Origin: an uncultured Mariniphaga sp. | GTDB taxonomy: Bacteria; Bacteroidota; Bacteroidia; Bacteroidales; Prolixibacteraceae | Direction of reading: 5' to 3' | NCBI GenBank assembly: GCA_964422335.1 | Contig: CAYRBS010000002.1 | Coordinates: 6,118 to 38,993 of the forward strand | DNA length: 32,876 bases | The notes under the pieces: generated by a model | Seen by the model: the letters and a program-made list of their open reading frames with translations, nothing else | What the model was told of the DNA's origin: nothing | Databases searched by the model: none | Shown: positions 8,928 through 19,871 of the stretch, in pieces | Numbering within the stretch: position 1 is the first letter of the stretch | Layout: each line of letters opens with the position of its first letter | Translations under genes and position numbers: made by a program

Positions 8928-10733
8928 ATGAAGGGGAATATGTTCGGAAAAAAAATCAAATACATTTTGTTTACATTTTTTGTATCATCTTCAGTTATTG
9001 TTTTCGCGCAGCAGGATACAAGCCTTTCCCGCGAAGTGGAAGTGGTGAAAGCTTATAATCCGACCATCACTGACGCCAATAAAATAAGCAATATGCCAAA
9101 AATTGAAGACGAGGAGCACGAAAAACCGAGTTTCGATTACAGCATTTTCAGTCAGCCCATTTACAATACTTTTTCGGTGAACGAGCTGAAAGCGGCATCG
9201 TTTGTCCCGGAAACCAAAGAAGACCCGGGGTTTGGCCTGGTCAGGGCCGGTGTTGGTAATTATTACAAACCCTACGGTGAGGTATTTTTTAACAGTCAGA
9301 AAATGCGGAACACCATTTTTGGGTTGCATGGAAAACACTTGTCATCCCACGGGAAAATTACACTCGAAGGCGACGACCGCGTAGATGCACCATTTTCGGA
9401 AAACGAAGCCGAGATGTTTATCAAGCATCTTTACAGGAGTTCAGTACTTTCGGTGAATCTGGGGTTCAATCACGATGGATTTAATTATTACGGCTATCCC
9501 GTTGATCCGATCCCCGATCTGTTAAAGGAAGAAGATCAGGAAATCAATCTGCTGGGGGACAGGCAAACGTTTTCCAGGGCCAGTCTGGACATTAACCTCG
9601 AAAATGTGGCAGCCCGTAATAATGATCTCACATTCGATTTTGATTTTTTGTATCATTATTTTGGTACCAAAACGGGCCAGCGCGAAAACTTCGGCGAGTT
9701 TATTGTCGATGTTGAAAAACCACTCGACACCGGTACCGGTGCGCTTGAAGCCGGGATTACATTTGTACAGGCCGACGAGATTTTTAACCGAAACATGATG
9801 GAAATGGGCAAACGGCAGCAGGTTTGGTTAATGGCCAAGCCATCGTATTTGCTTGGAGGCGATGTTGCCAATATCCGTTTTGGTATCAACGGCTGGTTTG
9901 TATTCGACAACGCTGCCGACGACCTGGCAAAATTAGCCCCGGTCATACGGGCGAATTTTGTACCTGTAAAAGAAATTATCAACATTTTCGCAGGTGTTGA
10001 CGGTAATTATATAAATAATCACTATTCAAAAATTGCTTACGAAAATCCGTTTGTCGATCCGTTGCACGATGTAAAAAGTACCTTCGAAAGGTTTCGTTTT
10101 TACGGCGGCTTCGACGGGAAGTTAGCTGCCAAAACAAATTTCAAATTAGCGGCCGATTACTCCATGTTTACAGAAAAACCTTACTACTACCTGTTCAGGT
10201 ATGCACATCCTTCGGGAGTTGGTGGCCCAATCACCGATAACGACTTTCAGGTTTTGTACGACAACAGCAACCGGCTGAAATTAAACCTCGAAATTTATCA
10301 TGCCGCATTCGACAAGGTAACCCTGTTGCTGGAAGGTAACTACTATATTTACGAAATGGAAAGCCTGGACGAAGCATGGAACCTTCCCGAATGGGATGCC
10401 AAATTATCAATGGGCTACCAGGCCTCTGAGCAGTTGAGTTTGTCTGCCGACCTGTTTTTAACCGGCCAGCGAAAAGCTTTAATACTGGAAGTACCCGTGG
10501 CGGATCCGCGTCCGCTAACCAACAGGGATCTCATTCTGCATGATGATTTGAAAAAGCATTCATACCCCCTTCCGTTTATTTTTGATCTGAATGTAAACGG
10601 CACCTATAAAATTACAGAAAGGTTTTCGGTGTTTGCACAGCTGAACAATTTTGGGTTTCAGAATTACCAGCGGTGGCTGGGTTACCCGGTACAAAGTTTT
10701 AACGTTTTGGGAGGCCTGAGCTATGCATTTTAG
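8928..10733 (+). CDS. Conserved hypothetical outer-membrane beta-barrel protein, translationally coupled to the TPR gene
   Basis: 601 aa. The start codon lies 1 nt after the TPR stop (TAAAATG). It has a signal peptide (...SSVIVFA|QQ), a beta-strand-rich composition, and a C-terminus ...VLGGLSYAF with an OMP-type terminal Phe. Confidence 0.6.
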   Translation: MKGNMFGKKIKYILFTFFVSSSVIVFAQQDTSLSREVEVVKAYNPTITDANKISNMPKIEDEEHEKPSFDYSIFSQPIYNTFSVNELKAASFVPETKEDPGFGLVRAGVGNYYKPYGEVFFNSQKMRNTIFGLHGKHLSSHGKITLEGDDRVDAPFSENEAEMFIKHLYRSSVLSVNLGFNHDGFNYYGYPVDPIPDLLKEEDQEINLLGDRQTFSRASLDINLENVAARNNDLTFDFDFLYHYFGTKTGQRENFGEFIVDVEKPLDTGTGALEAGITFVQADEIFNRNMMEMGKRQQVWLMAKPSYLLGGDVANIRFGINGWFVFDNAADDLAKLAPVIRANFVPVKEIINIFAGVDGNYINNHYSKIAYENPFVDPLHDVKSTFERFRFYGGFDGKLAAKTNFKLAADYSMFTEKPYYYLFRYAHPSGVGGPITDNDFQVLYDNSNRLKLNLEIYHAAFDKVTLLLEGNYYIYEMESLDEAWNLPEWDAKLSMGYQASEQLSLSADLFLTGQRKALILEVPVADPRPLTNRDLILHDDLKKHSYPLPFIFDLNVNGTYKITERFSVFAQLNNFGFQNYQRWLGYPVQSFNVLGGLSYAF

Positions 10734-10848
10734 CCCGAATATTTTTGAGGGAAAATAAAATAGTGAATATTACTTTTTATAGGTTGGTTAAAACCGCTTT
10801 CTTCTGCTCATTTTCAAGTTGATAACTTGTTAAAAAATAAGCTTTAAA

Positions 10849-10886
10849 AACCACTGGAAGCGCCTGTTTCTTCGGTTTATTTTTTT
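10849..10886 (+). terminator. Weak terminator-like hairpin after the beta-barrel gene
   Basis: AACC(ACTG)GAAG ... CTTCGGTT forms an interrupted 8-bp stem, followed by TATTTTTTT. It overlaps the proposed gyrB promoter. Confidence 0.25.
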
Positions 10887-10893
10887 ATCTTTG
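10886..10893 (+). promoter_or_regulatory. Bacteroidota-type -7 box (TATCTTTG) upstream of gyrB
   Basis: Exact match to TAnnTTTG. It lies about 140 nt upstream of the gyrB ATG, which implies a long 5' UTR. Confidence 0.3.
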
Positions 10894-11006
10894 CAGGGTG
10901 TTTTTTGAAGGAAATCCCTTTGGAAATAAAAGGTTGTTTGTCAGCCTGTTTTAATGCAGCAAAATTTATTTTGAAAGCATTAAAACCAATGTTTTTTATA
11001 GTGTAA

Positions 11007-12998
<1,992 letters not shown>

Positions 12999-13044
12999 AT
13001 TGCAATAAACTGGAAAGAACAATGCCTGATTTTTTATCGGCCTT

Positions 13045-13626
13045 ATGAATATTTGTGTGTTTTCATCATCGAGCAATGCTATTGCCCCTGCCTACTTTCA
13101 GGAGGCTGAATGGTTGGGAAAGTTAATAGGCGATAATGGACATACGCTGGTGAACGGAGGTGCCAATGTGGGGCTAATGGAAGCAGTTATGGTTTCTGCA
13201 GCAAAGGCAGGGGCCAAAACAATCGGGATTATTCCTGAACGGTTTATCAGGCGATCGCTGGCCTCTGAAAATGCACACCAGATTATAACTACCAAAGACA
13301 TGCAGGAGCGAAAATCGAGGATGCGTGAAATTTCTGATGCTTTCATCGCGCTTCCGGGCGGTTTTGGTACACTTGAAGAGATACTGGAGGTGCTCACCCT
13401 CCGGCAATTGTCGTATCACTCCAAGCCAGTGGTTTTTATCAATACCAACAATTTCTATAAATACCTCTTAAAACAGTTTGAAACATCTTATTCCGAACAA
13501 TTCGCCAAAGAAATTTATCGCGATATTTACTTTGCAGCAAGTGATGCCGGAGAGGCAATCAATTATATCCAACAATTTCAACCAACAGAAATTGATACCA
13601 AATGGTTTGTTGTACCCAAAAAATAA
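13045..13626 (+). CDS. LOG-family (TIGR00730-type) nucleotide phosphoribohydrolase
   Basis: 193 aa with GGANVGLMEAV and the PGGFGTLEE motif characteristic of LOG / lysine-decarboxylase-like proteins. Confidence 0.85.
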   Translation: MNICVFSSSSNAIAPAYFQEAEWLGKLIGDNGHTLVNGGANVGLMEAVMVSAAKAGAKTIGIIPERFIRRSLASENAHQIITTKDMQERKSRMREISDAFIALPGGFGTLEEILEVLTLRQLSYHSKPVVFINTNNFYKYLLKQFETSYSEQFAKEIYRDIYFAASDAGEAINYIQQFQPTEIDTKWFVVPKK

Positions 13627-13818
13627 TGACAAAATTTTAAGTAAGCTGACAAAAGCGCATAGCTGGATTGTATTGATTGTCAATTTTTAACAAAAAAATG
13701 GTTGGTTTGTTAAATTATGCAAAATGAAGCTTTTGTTTTAAAAATATGAAAACACTGGCAATGAATTTGCGTTATATTGGACATTTAATAAAAGATTGTG
13801 TTAAATAAATTTTTTGCT

Positions 13819-15255
13819 ATGAAAAATACAAGAAAATATACGTTGACATTTTTACTGGTACTGGCAAGCGCATTTCTTGCAGTTTGGCTGTACAGTAGCT
13901 TTTTCAGCAAACCTCAGGTTGTAAGGGTTACCGAAGAGCAGCCCTTCCGTCATGTAGATTTACCTTCTGACGGGGAATCGATGATGCCCGATCTGACTTT
14001 TGCCGCCGAAAATTCCGTTCATGCCGTAGTGCATATTGCTACCCAGTCAAGGAGCGATGGTGGATGGTCCAGCGGGAATCCTTTTTTTGATGAATTTTTT
14101 GGGTTTCGCAGGCAAGAACCTCAGCTTCGCGAAGGTTTTGGCTCGGGGGTAATTTTGTCAGAAGACGGTTATATTGTCACCAACAGCCATGTTATTGAAA
14201 GGGCCCAAAATATTAAAGTTATTCTGAACAATAAACAGGAATATGATGCGGAGCCAGTTGGCGCCGATCCTTCCACTGATATTGCCTTGCTGAAGGTAGA
14301 GGCAGACGATTTGCCCTACCTTACATATGGCAATTCCGATGACTTAAAACTGGGAGAATGGGTACTTGCAGTTGGTAACCCGTTTAACCTGACCTCTACA
14401 GTTACAGCTGGGATTATTAGCGCAAGGGCGCGTAACCTTGGAATAAATGCCGATCAATATTCCATTGAATCATTTATTCAGACGGATGCTGCTGTAAATC
14501 CCGGAAATAGTGGTGGTGCGCTGGTGAACCAACAGGGAAGGCTGGTTGGAATAAATACAGCCATTGCATCAAGAACCGGTTCTTATACCGGATATTCATT
14601 TGCTGTCCCTGTATCAATTGTCAGTAAAGTAGTTGAAGATTTGAAAGAATATGGCGAAGTACAGCGGGCATTGCTTGGTGTTAATATTGTCGATATTAAT
14701 TCTGAAATTGTAGATGAATTTGATCTCGAGAATTCGGAAGGTGTATTTATTGGAGGTGTGACAGAAAACGGAGCTGCCCGGGAAGCAGGTATCCGCGAGG
14801 GCGATGTTATCATGAGTGTTTCCGGGGAAAGTGTAAACTCAACGGCCGAATTACAGGAAAAAATCAGCAGGCACCGTCCGGGCGACGATGTTAATATTGT
14901 TGTTAAAAGGAATGGAGATAAGAAACAATTTACCGTAACCTTACGTAATAGACACGGTGATACACAAATTGTGCGCGACAGAAACGCTGTTTTTGGCGCC
15001 CGGTTTGAGGCCGTTAGTGACAGAGAGAAGAAAAGACTGGAAATTGATTACGGGTTGAAAATAGTAGAAATAGAGAACGGAATATTGAAAGACGCAGGGC
15101 TGGAAGAAGGGTTTATTATAACCCATGTAAACAAAAAGCCCGTTTATGAAGTTAATGATTTTAAAAGGGAAATAGGAAATGCGAGGGGAGGAAATTTAGT
15201 AGAAGGCGTTTATCCCAATGGAGAATCGGCATATTTTGTTTTTGGTGTTGATTGA
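13819..15255 (+). CDS. htrA: Periplasmic serine endoprotease, HtrA/DegP/DegQ (Do) family, with two PDZ-like regions
   Basis: Catalytic triad contexts are TNSHV, DIALLKV and GNSGGALV. The N-terminus has a TM/signal segment. I prefer the ATG at 13819 (MKNTRKY...). The ORF is open from a GTG at 13798. Confidence 0.9.
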   Translation: MKNTRKYTLTFLLVLASAFLAVWLYSSFFSKPQVVRVTEEQPFRHVDLPSDGESMMPDLTFAAENSVHAVVHIATQSRSDGGWSSGNPFFDEFFGFRRQEPQLREGFGSGVILSEDGYIVTNSHVIERAQNIKVILNNKQEYDAEPVGADPSTDIALLKVEADDLPYLTYGNSDDLKLGEWVLAVGNPFNLTSTVTAGIISARARNLGINADQYSIESFIQTDAAVNPGNSGGALVNQQGRLVGINTAIASRTGSYTGYSFAVPVSIVSKVVEDLKEYGEVQRALLGVNIVDINSEIVDEFDLENSEGVFIGGVTENGAAREAGIREGDVIMSVSGESVNSTAELQEKISRHRPGDDVNIVVKRNGDKKQFTVTLRNRHGDTQIVRDRNAVFGARFEAVSDREKKRLEIDYGLKIVEIENGILKDAGLEEGFIITHVNKKPVYEVNDFKREIGNARGGNLVEGVYPNGESAYFVFGVD

Positions 15256-15344
15256 TTAATTGATAATTGTGAAAAATACCTTTAACAAACTATTAATAAT
15301 CTTTTTTGGAAAGTCTTCTCCTTGATTGCTAATTATTAATAATC

Positions 15345-15352
15345 TATATTTG
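15345..15352 (+). promoter_or_regulatory. Bacteroidota-type -7 box (TATATTTG) upstream of rpoD
   Basis: Exact TAnnTTTG match ending 20 nt before the rpoD ATG. Confidence 0.4.
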
Positions 15353-15372
15353 CACGTTTTTAAGGAGAGTTT

Positions 15373-16233
15373 ATGAGACAGCTAAAGATCACAAAATCCA
15401 TTACCAACCGTGAGAGTGCCTCGTTGGACAAGTATTTGCAAGAAATTGGCAAGGAGGAGCTTATTACTGTTGAAGAAGAAGTTGAATTGGCCCAGCGAAT
15501 AAAGAAGGGTGATCAGGCAGCTTTGGAGAAATTAACAAGGGCGAACCTGAGGTTTGTGGTATCGGTAGCAAAACAGTACCAAAACCAGGGGCTTAGCTTA
15601 CCCGATTTAATAAACGAAGGAAACCTTGGCCTGATAAAGGCAGCCGAAAAGTTTGATGAAACACGCGGGTTTAAGTTTATTTCGTATGCGGTCTGGTGGA
15701 TACGACAGTCTATTTTACAGGCACTGGCCGAACAATCACGTATTGTTCGTTTACCGCTCAACCAGGTCGGATCGCTGAATAAAATTAATAAAGCTTTTTC
15801 CAAGTTTGAACAGGAACACGAGCGTAAACCATCACCGGAAGAATTGGCCGATTCACTCGAATTACCAGCCGATAAAGTATCGGATACATTACGCGTATCA
15901 GGACGGCATGTTTCTGTTGATGCGCCTTTTGTTGACGGCGAAGACAATAGTCTGCTTGATGTGCTGGTTAACAACGATTCGCCTAATGCCGACCGCACCT
16001 TAATACAGGAATCGCTGGCTCGCGAAATACACCGTTCCCTCGCTACACTTACCGAAAGGGAAGCGGATATTATCCGGTTATTTTTTGGAATTGGTTGCCA
16101 GGAGATGACCCTTGAAGAAATTGGCGAGCGGTTTGGTCTTACACGCGAAAGGGTGCGCCAAATAAAAGAAAAAGCTATCCGGCGACTGAGGCATACTTCA
16201 CGGAGCAAATTACTGAAAACGTATTTGGGTTAG
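15373..16233 (+). CDS. rpoD: Primary RNA polymerase sigma factor (sigma-A/RpoD, short Bacteroidota type)
   Basis: 286 aa. Region 2 is [18 protein letters not shown] ... [10 protein letters not shown]. Region 4.2 is [28 protein letters not shown]. Confidence 0.95.
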   Translation: MRQLKITKSITNRESASLDKYLQEIGKEELITVEEEVELAQRIKKGDQAALEKLTRANLRFVVSVAKQYQNQGLSLPDLINEGNLGLIKAAEKFDETRGFKFISYAVWWIRQSILQALAEQSRIVRLPLNQVGSLNKINKAFSKFEQEHERKPSPEELADSLELPADKVSDTLRVSGRHVSVDAPFVDGEDNSLLDVLVNNDSPNADRTLIQESLAREIHRSLATLTEREADIIRLFFGIGCQEMTLEEIGERFGLTRERVRQIKEKAIRRLRHTSRSKLLKTYLG

Positions 16234-16252
16234 ATTTATAATATAATGCACT

Positions 16253-16287
16253 AAAAAAACGGCACGATTTCCCTCGTGCCGTTTTTT
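16253..16287. terminator. Bidirectional intrinsic terminator between convergent rpoD and the OmpA-family gene
   Basis: ACGGCACG / CGTGCCGT is an 8-bp GC-rich stem with an 8-nt loop. An A7 run lies on the 5' side and a T6 run on the 3' side. Confidence 0.7.
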
Positions 16288-16308
16288 ATGATCAGTAACC
16301 GAAACAGC

Positions 16309-16339
16309 GTAAAGCTACTGTAAAATACGGCAGCTTTAC
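16309..16339 (-). terminator. Second hairpin downstream of the OmpA-family gene
   Basis: GTAAAGCT / AGCTTTAC is an 8-bp stem with a 15-nt loop. Only a weak U-rich tail follows on the minus strand. Confidence 0.3.
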
Positions 16340-16365
16340 TTTATCTTGTGAATTCTTCTTTTGCG

Positions 16366-17910
16366 CTAATCCATTTCAAGAATAGTAAACTCTGTGCGGC
16401 GGTTCATCTGATGTTGCTCATCGGTGCAATTAACCCCGTCTTCACATTCGTTTACAAGTTGCGTTTCGCCGTAGCCCGTGGCAATTATTCGATCTTTTGA
16501 AATACCCTGCGAAACAATATAATTTACAGCAGATTCAGCTCTTTTCTGGCTTAGCTGGTCGTTGTATTCATCGGACCCGCGGCTGTCGGTATGCGAACCC
16601 AGCTCTACTTTCCAACTGGGGTTGTCTTTCATTACTTTTACAAGTTTGTCCAGTTCCGATTCCGATTCCGGTAAAAGTTCCCATTTATCGAAATCATAAA
16701 AAATATTTTCCATTTCAAATTTTTGCTGAACTTCTACTTTTTCAATATTTATTATTTCTTTTATAACTCCATACGATTTTCCGGCAGTTGAGAATGTTAC
16801 AGATTCGTTCATGTAACCCTCCTGTTCAGAGGTTGCAGTGTATTCGGCATCTTTGTTCAATTCCTTGAATACTAATCCATTACCGTTGGTGGTTAAGGTC
16901 GTGTTGTCGTTAAATTTAACCTTGACATTGGAAAGCGGATCCCTTGATTCTTTATCCCGTACCAGTAATTCCAGCTCATATTCCCCTTCAAAAAGAACTT
17001 TGTAAATATCATCATCTCCTTCACCTCCTGGTTTTCGCGAAGCAAAATACCCAATTTCTTCATTTGGGTGGATCACTAATCCAAAATCATCTTCAGGTGA
17101 ATTAACCGCTTGAAGATTTTGCGGGGTTGCAAAATCATTTCCCGAGAGCATGGAGTAGTAAATGTCGAGTCCGCCTTTACTGTCTGATTTCCCATTGGAG
17201 GCATAAACCAGCATATTTCCTTTAAAAAAGAAAGGAAACATTTCATCTCCGGCAGTGTTTATTTTTGCACCCAGGTTGGTCATTTCGCCCCATTTCCCGT
17301 TTTTCCTGACTGCCATATAGATGTCAGTTCCTCCCATTCCTTTATCCGGAATATCCGAGGCAAAAAATAAGGTGTCTCCGGTAACCGAAACGGCAGGGTG
17401 CGCAACGGAGTAGGAATTGCTGTTAAACGGAAGTTCACCGTTAGGTTCCCAGCCACTTCCTGATTTTTGTAAAACAATAATCTTCAGCGGAATACTGGCT
17501 TTTTGAAATACCACATTTTTAATATCCGGATTTTCGAAATTGCTTATTGTTACAAACAGTTCCCCGGTCTTTTCACAAAAAGATACCGGTCCGGCGTGGT
17601 AACCTGCACTCAGATCTTCGAGTTTTAGTTCTTTTTTGTTTTGAATTTGGCCGTTGGCATCCAGAGGAGTAGCGAAAATATTATAAAAAACATCATCGGT
17701 TTTACCCTCATTAAGTTTATCGATTTCATCGTCTGTAAAACCTGAAAACCACAGTTCGTCTCCAACGAACGAAAGGCCAAAATCGCTGGCAGGTGTGTTA
17801 ATTTGTGTTTTTTCAACTCGAGGTGTTACATTTTCCAGAAAACTGGAATTGGTTTGAGCAACCAATAGCAAAGGTAAGATACCCATACAAAATAATAGTG
17901 TCCTTTTCAT
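16366..17910 (-). CDS. OmpA-family protein with an N-terminal TolB-like (PD40) beta-propeller region and a CarboxypepD_reg-like domain
   Basis: 514 aa with a signal peptide. The C-terminal OmpA peptidoglycan-binding domain reads FDFDKWELL...LGSHTDSRGSDEYNDQLSQKRAESAVNYI...NRRTEF. The central segment is ELELLVRDKESRDPLSNVKVKF. The N-terminal half has repeated D/G-rich propeller-like segments. Confidence 0.85.
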   Translation of the reverse strand: MKRTLLFCMGILPLLLVAQTNSSFLENVTPRVEKTQINTPASDFGLSFVGDELWFSGFTDDEIDKLNEGKTDDVFYNIFATPLDANGQIQNKKELKLEDLSAGYHAGPVSFCEKTGELFVTISNFENPDIKNVVFQKASIPLKIIVLQKSGSGWEPNGELPFNSNSYSVAHPAVSVTGDTLFFASDIPDKGMGGTDIYMAVRKNGKWGEMTNLGAKINTAGDEMFPFFFKGNMLVYASNGKSDSKGGLDIYYSMLSGNDFATPQNLQAVNSPEDDFGLVIHPNEEIGYFASRKPGGEGDDDIYKVLFEGEYELELLVRDKESRDPLSNVKVKFNDNTTLTTNGNGLVFKELNKDAEYTATSEQEGYMNESVTFSTAGKSYGVIKEIINIEKVEVQQKFEMENIFYDFDKWELLPESESELDKLVKVMKDNPSWKVELGSHTDSRGSDEYNDQLSQKRAESAVNYIVSQGISKDRIIATGYGETQLVNECEDGVNCTDEQHQMNRRTEFTILEMD

Positions 17911-18076
17911 TTTCCCGATTTTTTAAAATTAAAGAGCATTCAATATACTAAATTTTAGGCAAGAAAACCTTATAATCAATAAAAAATATTGAATTAAATA
18001 GCCCTTGCCTGCTTAACAAACCGTATGAATTTTGGTTTAGTTTGAAGGAAAAATTAAATAGCAGGGCAGGGGTGGT

Positions 18077-19483
18077 TTACCTTTTTTCAAGCAGGATAAC
18101 ATTTTCAACATGGTGCGTATGAGGAAACATATCCACAGGCTTCACTTTTGTAATCTTGTAAGAATCATTCAAAAGTGAAACATCGCGGGCCTGGGTGGCC
18201 GGATTGCAGCTGATATAAACAATTTTTTGCGGGCCCGTTTCCAGTAATTTGGTAACAACATTGTTGTGCATGCCTGCACGGGGTGGGTCGGTAATTACAA
18301 CATCGGGGTGCCCGTGTTCAGCAATAAACGAATTGTTCAATACTTCCTTTATATCACCTGAAAAAAAACGGGTGTTTTCAATTTTGTTAATGGAGCTGTT
18401 TTCTTTAGCATCGGCTATGGCTTCAGGAATGTATTCAATACCGATTACTTTTTTTGCACTCCGGGCGATAAAGTTGGCAATAGTGCCTGTACCGGTGTAT
18501 AAATCGTAAACGATTTCATCTCCGGAGAACGAGGCAAAATCCCGTGCAATTTTGTACAATTGGTAAGCTTGTTCCGAATTGGTTTGATAGAAACTTTTAG
18601 GACCAATTTTAAATTTTAACCCCTCCATTTCTTCATAAATAAATTCTCTTCCGTTAAAAAGTTTAATATCGAGGTCGGTAATGGTGTCGTTTCCTTTTGG
18701 ATTAATCACGTAAAGCAGGGAGGTGATTTCAGGAAATTTTTCTTTTATTGCCTGGAGCAAATTAGTTCTTAATTGCTCGTCTTCCCGAAAAAAGGAAAGG
18801 ATTACCATTGTTTCGTTTTGCGTGCTGGTGCGGATTATTAACGTTCGTAAAAAACCTTTTTTCTCGCGGATATCGAAAAATTCCAACCGGTTGTCCAGGG
18901 CATACTGATAGATGAAATTTCTTATTTTATTTGAAGGTTCAGGCTGCAGCCAGCATTTCTCAACATTTATCACTTTGTCGAACATGCCGGGGGCGTGGAA
19001 TCCCAGGGAATCAGCATTCCCAAATTCTTTGCCTGATGCTATTTCGGCCGGGGTTAGCCATCTTTTGTTCGAGAATGTAAATTCAAGTTTGTTCCGGTAA
19101 AAAGTATCGTTGGCAGATCCTTCAATGGGTGAAATTTCCGGTAAATAAACTTTGCCAATTCGCCGAAGCTGATCTTCAACCTGTTTTTGTTTGTAAGCCA
19201 ACTGTTTTTTATAAGGAAGGAATTGCCATTTGCAGCCGCCGCAACTTTCAAAATGATCGCAAAATGCTTCAACACGGTCTTTTGAATATTCATGGATTTT
19301 TGTGACGATGGCTTCCTGGTAATTTTTTCTTTTTTTTATAACCTGCAGGTCCACCACATCACCGGGTATCACCATTTTTGTAAAAACAACCATTTCGCCA
19401 ATCCGGGCCAATGCTTTTCCTTCAGAACCGATGTCTTGTATCGTAATTTTTTCGTAGAAAGGTTTTTTTCTTCTTCTTCCCAT
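18077..19483 (-). CDS. rlmD: 23S rRNA (uracil-C5)-methyltransferase, RlmD/RumA type (TRAM + Fe-S + SAM-MTase)
   Basis: 468 aa. It has an N-terminal TRAM-like domain and a Cys cluster CDHFESCGGCKWQ. The SAM motif is DLYTGTGTI, the PP motif is ITDPPRAG and the catalytic Cys context is VYISCNPAT. Confidence 0.9.
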   Translation of the reverse strand: MGRRRKKPFYEKITIQDIGSEGKALARIGEMVVFTKMVIPGDVVDLQVIKKRKNYQEAIVTKIHEYSKDRVEAFCDHFESCGGCKWQFLPYKKQLAYKQKQVEDQLRRIGKVYLPEISPIEGSANDTFYRNKLEFTFSNKRWLTPAEIASGKEFGNADSLGFHAPGMFDKVINVEKCWLQPEPSNKIRNFIYQYALDNRLEFFDIREKKGFLRTLIIRTSTQNETMVILSFFREDEQLRTNLLQAIKEKFPEITSLLYVINPKGNDTITDLDIKLFNGREFIYEEMEGLKFKIGPKSFYQTNSEQAYQLYKIARDFASFSGDEIVYDLYTGTGTIANFIARSAKKVIGIEYIPEAIADAKENSSINKIENTRFFSGDIKEVLNNSFIAEHGHPDVVITDPPRAGMHNNVVTKLLETGPQKIVYISCNPATQARDVSLLNDSYKITKVKPVDMFPHTHHVENVILLEKR

Positions 19484-19493
19484 TTTTTTTCTG

Positions 19494-19501
19494 CAAATAT
19501 A
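19494..19501 (-). promoter_or_regulatory. Bacteroidota-type -7 box (TATATTTG on the minus strand) for rlmD
   Basis: Plus-strand CAAATATA. The motif ends 10 nt before the rlmD ATG, which implies a very short 5' UTR. Confidence 0.35.
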
Positions 19502-19549
19502 GTGTTTACAGGCAATCTGGCGACATTTGTGTTGTTTTTACCATTCCCA

Positions 19550-19578
19550 ATAAAAAAAAGAAATTCCCAAAATGGGAA
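19550..19578 (-). terminator. Terminator-like hairpin plus U-run on the minus strand, upstream of the rlmD promoter
   Basis: The minus strand reads TTCCCA-TTT-TGGGAA followed by TTTCTTTTTTTTATT. The stem is short (5-6 bp). The element ATTCCCAA is also directly repeated at 19543 and 19563. Confidence 0.3.
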
Positions 19579-19631
19579 AATAGATAGTTTCTACCCCCTT
19601 CGCTTGCATTTTTATCCGTTATGCACTTTTA

Positions 19632-19658
19632 TTTGAATTACTTTTTTGCGTATATTTG
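19632..19658 (+). promoter_or_regulatory. Candidate promoter (TTTG-N15-TATATTTG) for the ABC-F leader or a small transcript
   Basis: Perfect TAnnTTTG box at 19651-19658 and TTTG at 19632-19635. The spacer is shorter than the usual one of about 19 nt. The predicted TSS is about 19663, a few nt before mini-ORF1. Confidence 0.35.
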
Positions 19659-19668
19659 TTATGATTTA

Positions 19669-19701
19669 ATGGTTGGTTTTATTTTCAAAAATAGAACTTA
19701 A
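19669..19701 (+). CDS. Mini-ORF 1 (MVGFIFKNRT), candidate leader peptide
   Basis: ATG GTT GGT TTT ATT TTC AAA AAT AGA ACT TAA. The peptide resembles mini-ORF 2. Its stop lies 2 nt before the left arm of the 11-bp stem. Confidence 0.3.
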   Translation: MVGFIFKNRT

Positions 19702-19702
19702 A

Positions 19703-19805
19703 AAGGGGAAAGCATCTTCTGTATTTATGATTGGTTTTGTGTTTAGGGGTTTGTAAATCATCAATCATCTTCAAAAAGCGTCCATAGCTTTCCCCTTCCT
19801 TTTTT
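19703..19805 (+). promoter_or_regulatory. Long-range stem-loop followed by a U6 run; candidate attenuator or terminator structure
   Basis: AAGGGGAAAGC (19703-19713) pairs perfectly with GCTTTCCCCTT (19787-19797). The inner stem ATGATTG (19727-19733) / CAATCAT (19762-19768) sequesters the mini-ORF 2 start codon. T6 lies at 19800-19805. Confidence 0.45.
19727..19756 (+). CDS. Mini-ORF 2 (MIGFVFRGL), candidate leader peptide
   Basis: ATG ATT GGT TTT GTG TTT AGG GGT TTG TAA. It shares M-[VI]-G-F-[IV]-F-[KR] with mini-ORF 1, and the differences are conservative or synonymous. Confidence 0.3.
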   Translation: MIGFVFRGL

Positions 19806-19826
19806 GCCCGCGAGGGCTTTTTTTTT
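19806..19826 (+). terminator. Short GNRA-loop hairpin plus U9 run, 65 nt upstream of the ABC-F start
   Basis: GCCC-GCGA-GGGC followed by nine T residues. The stem is only 4 bp, all G-C. Confidence 0.4.
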
Positions 19827-19863
19827 GTCCAAAATCTTACCATGCCCGTTCATCTTTAATCAT

Positions 19864-19871
19864 TATCTTTG
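19864..19871 (+). promoter_or_regulatory. Proximal -7 box (TATCTTTG) for the ABC-F gene
   Basis: Exact TAnnTTTG match ending 20 nt before the ABC-F ATG. It could give terminator-independent expression. Confidence 0.3.

Noticed and set aside
15513-16208. 231-aa ORF lying fully antisense inside rpoD.
   Set aside because: Its translation is Ser/Arg/Cys-rich low-complexity sequence typical of the reverse frame of a real gene, with no recognisable motif. rpoD on the opposite strand is unambiguous.
19669-19756. The Phe-containing mini-ORFs might form a classical phenylalanine biosynthesis or pheS-type attenuator.
   Set aside because: Each has only two Phe codons, and they are not consecutive. The downstream gene is an ABC-F ATPase, not an amino-acid biosynthesis or tRNA synthetase gene.
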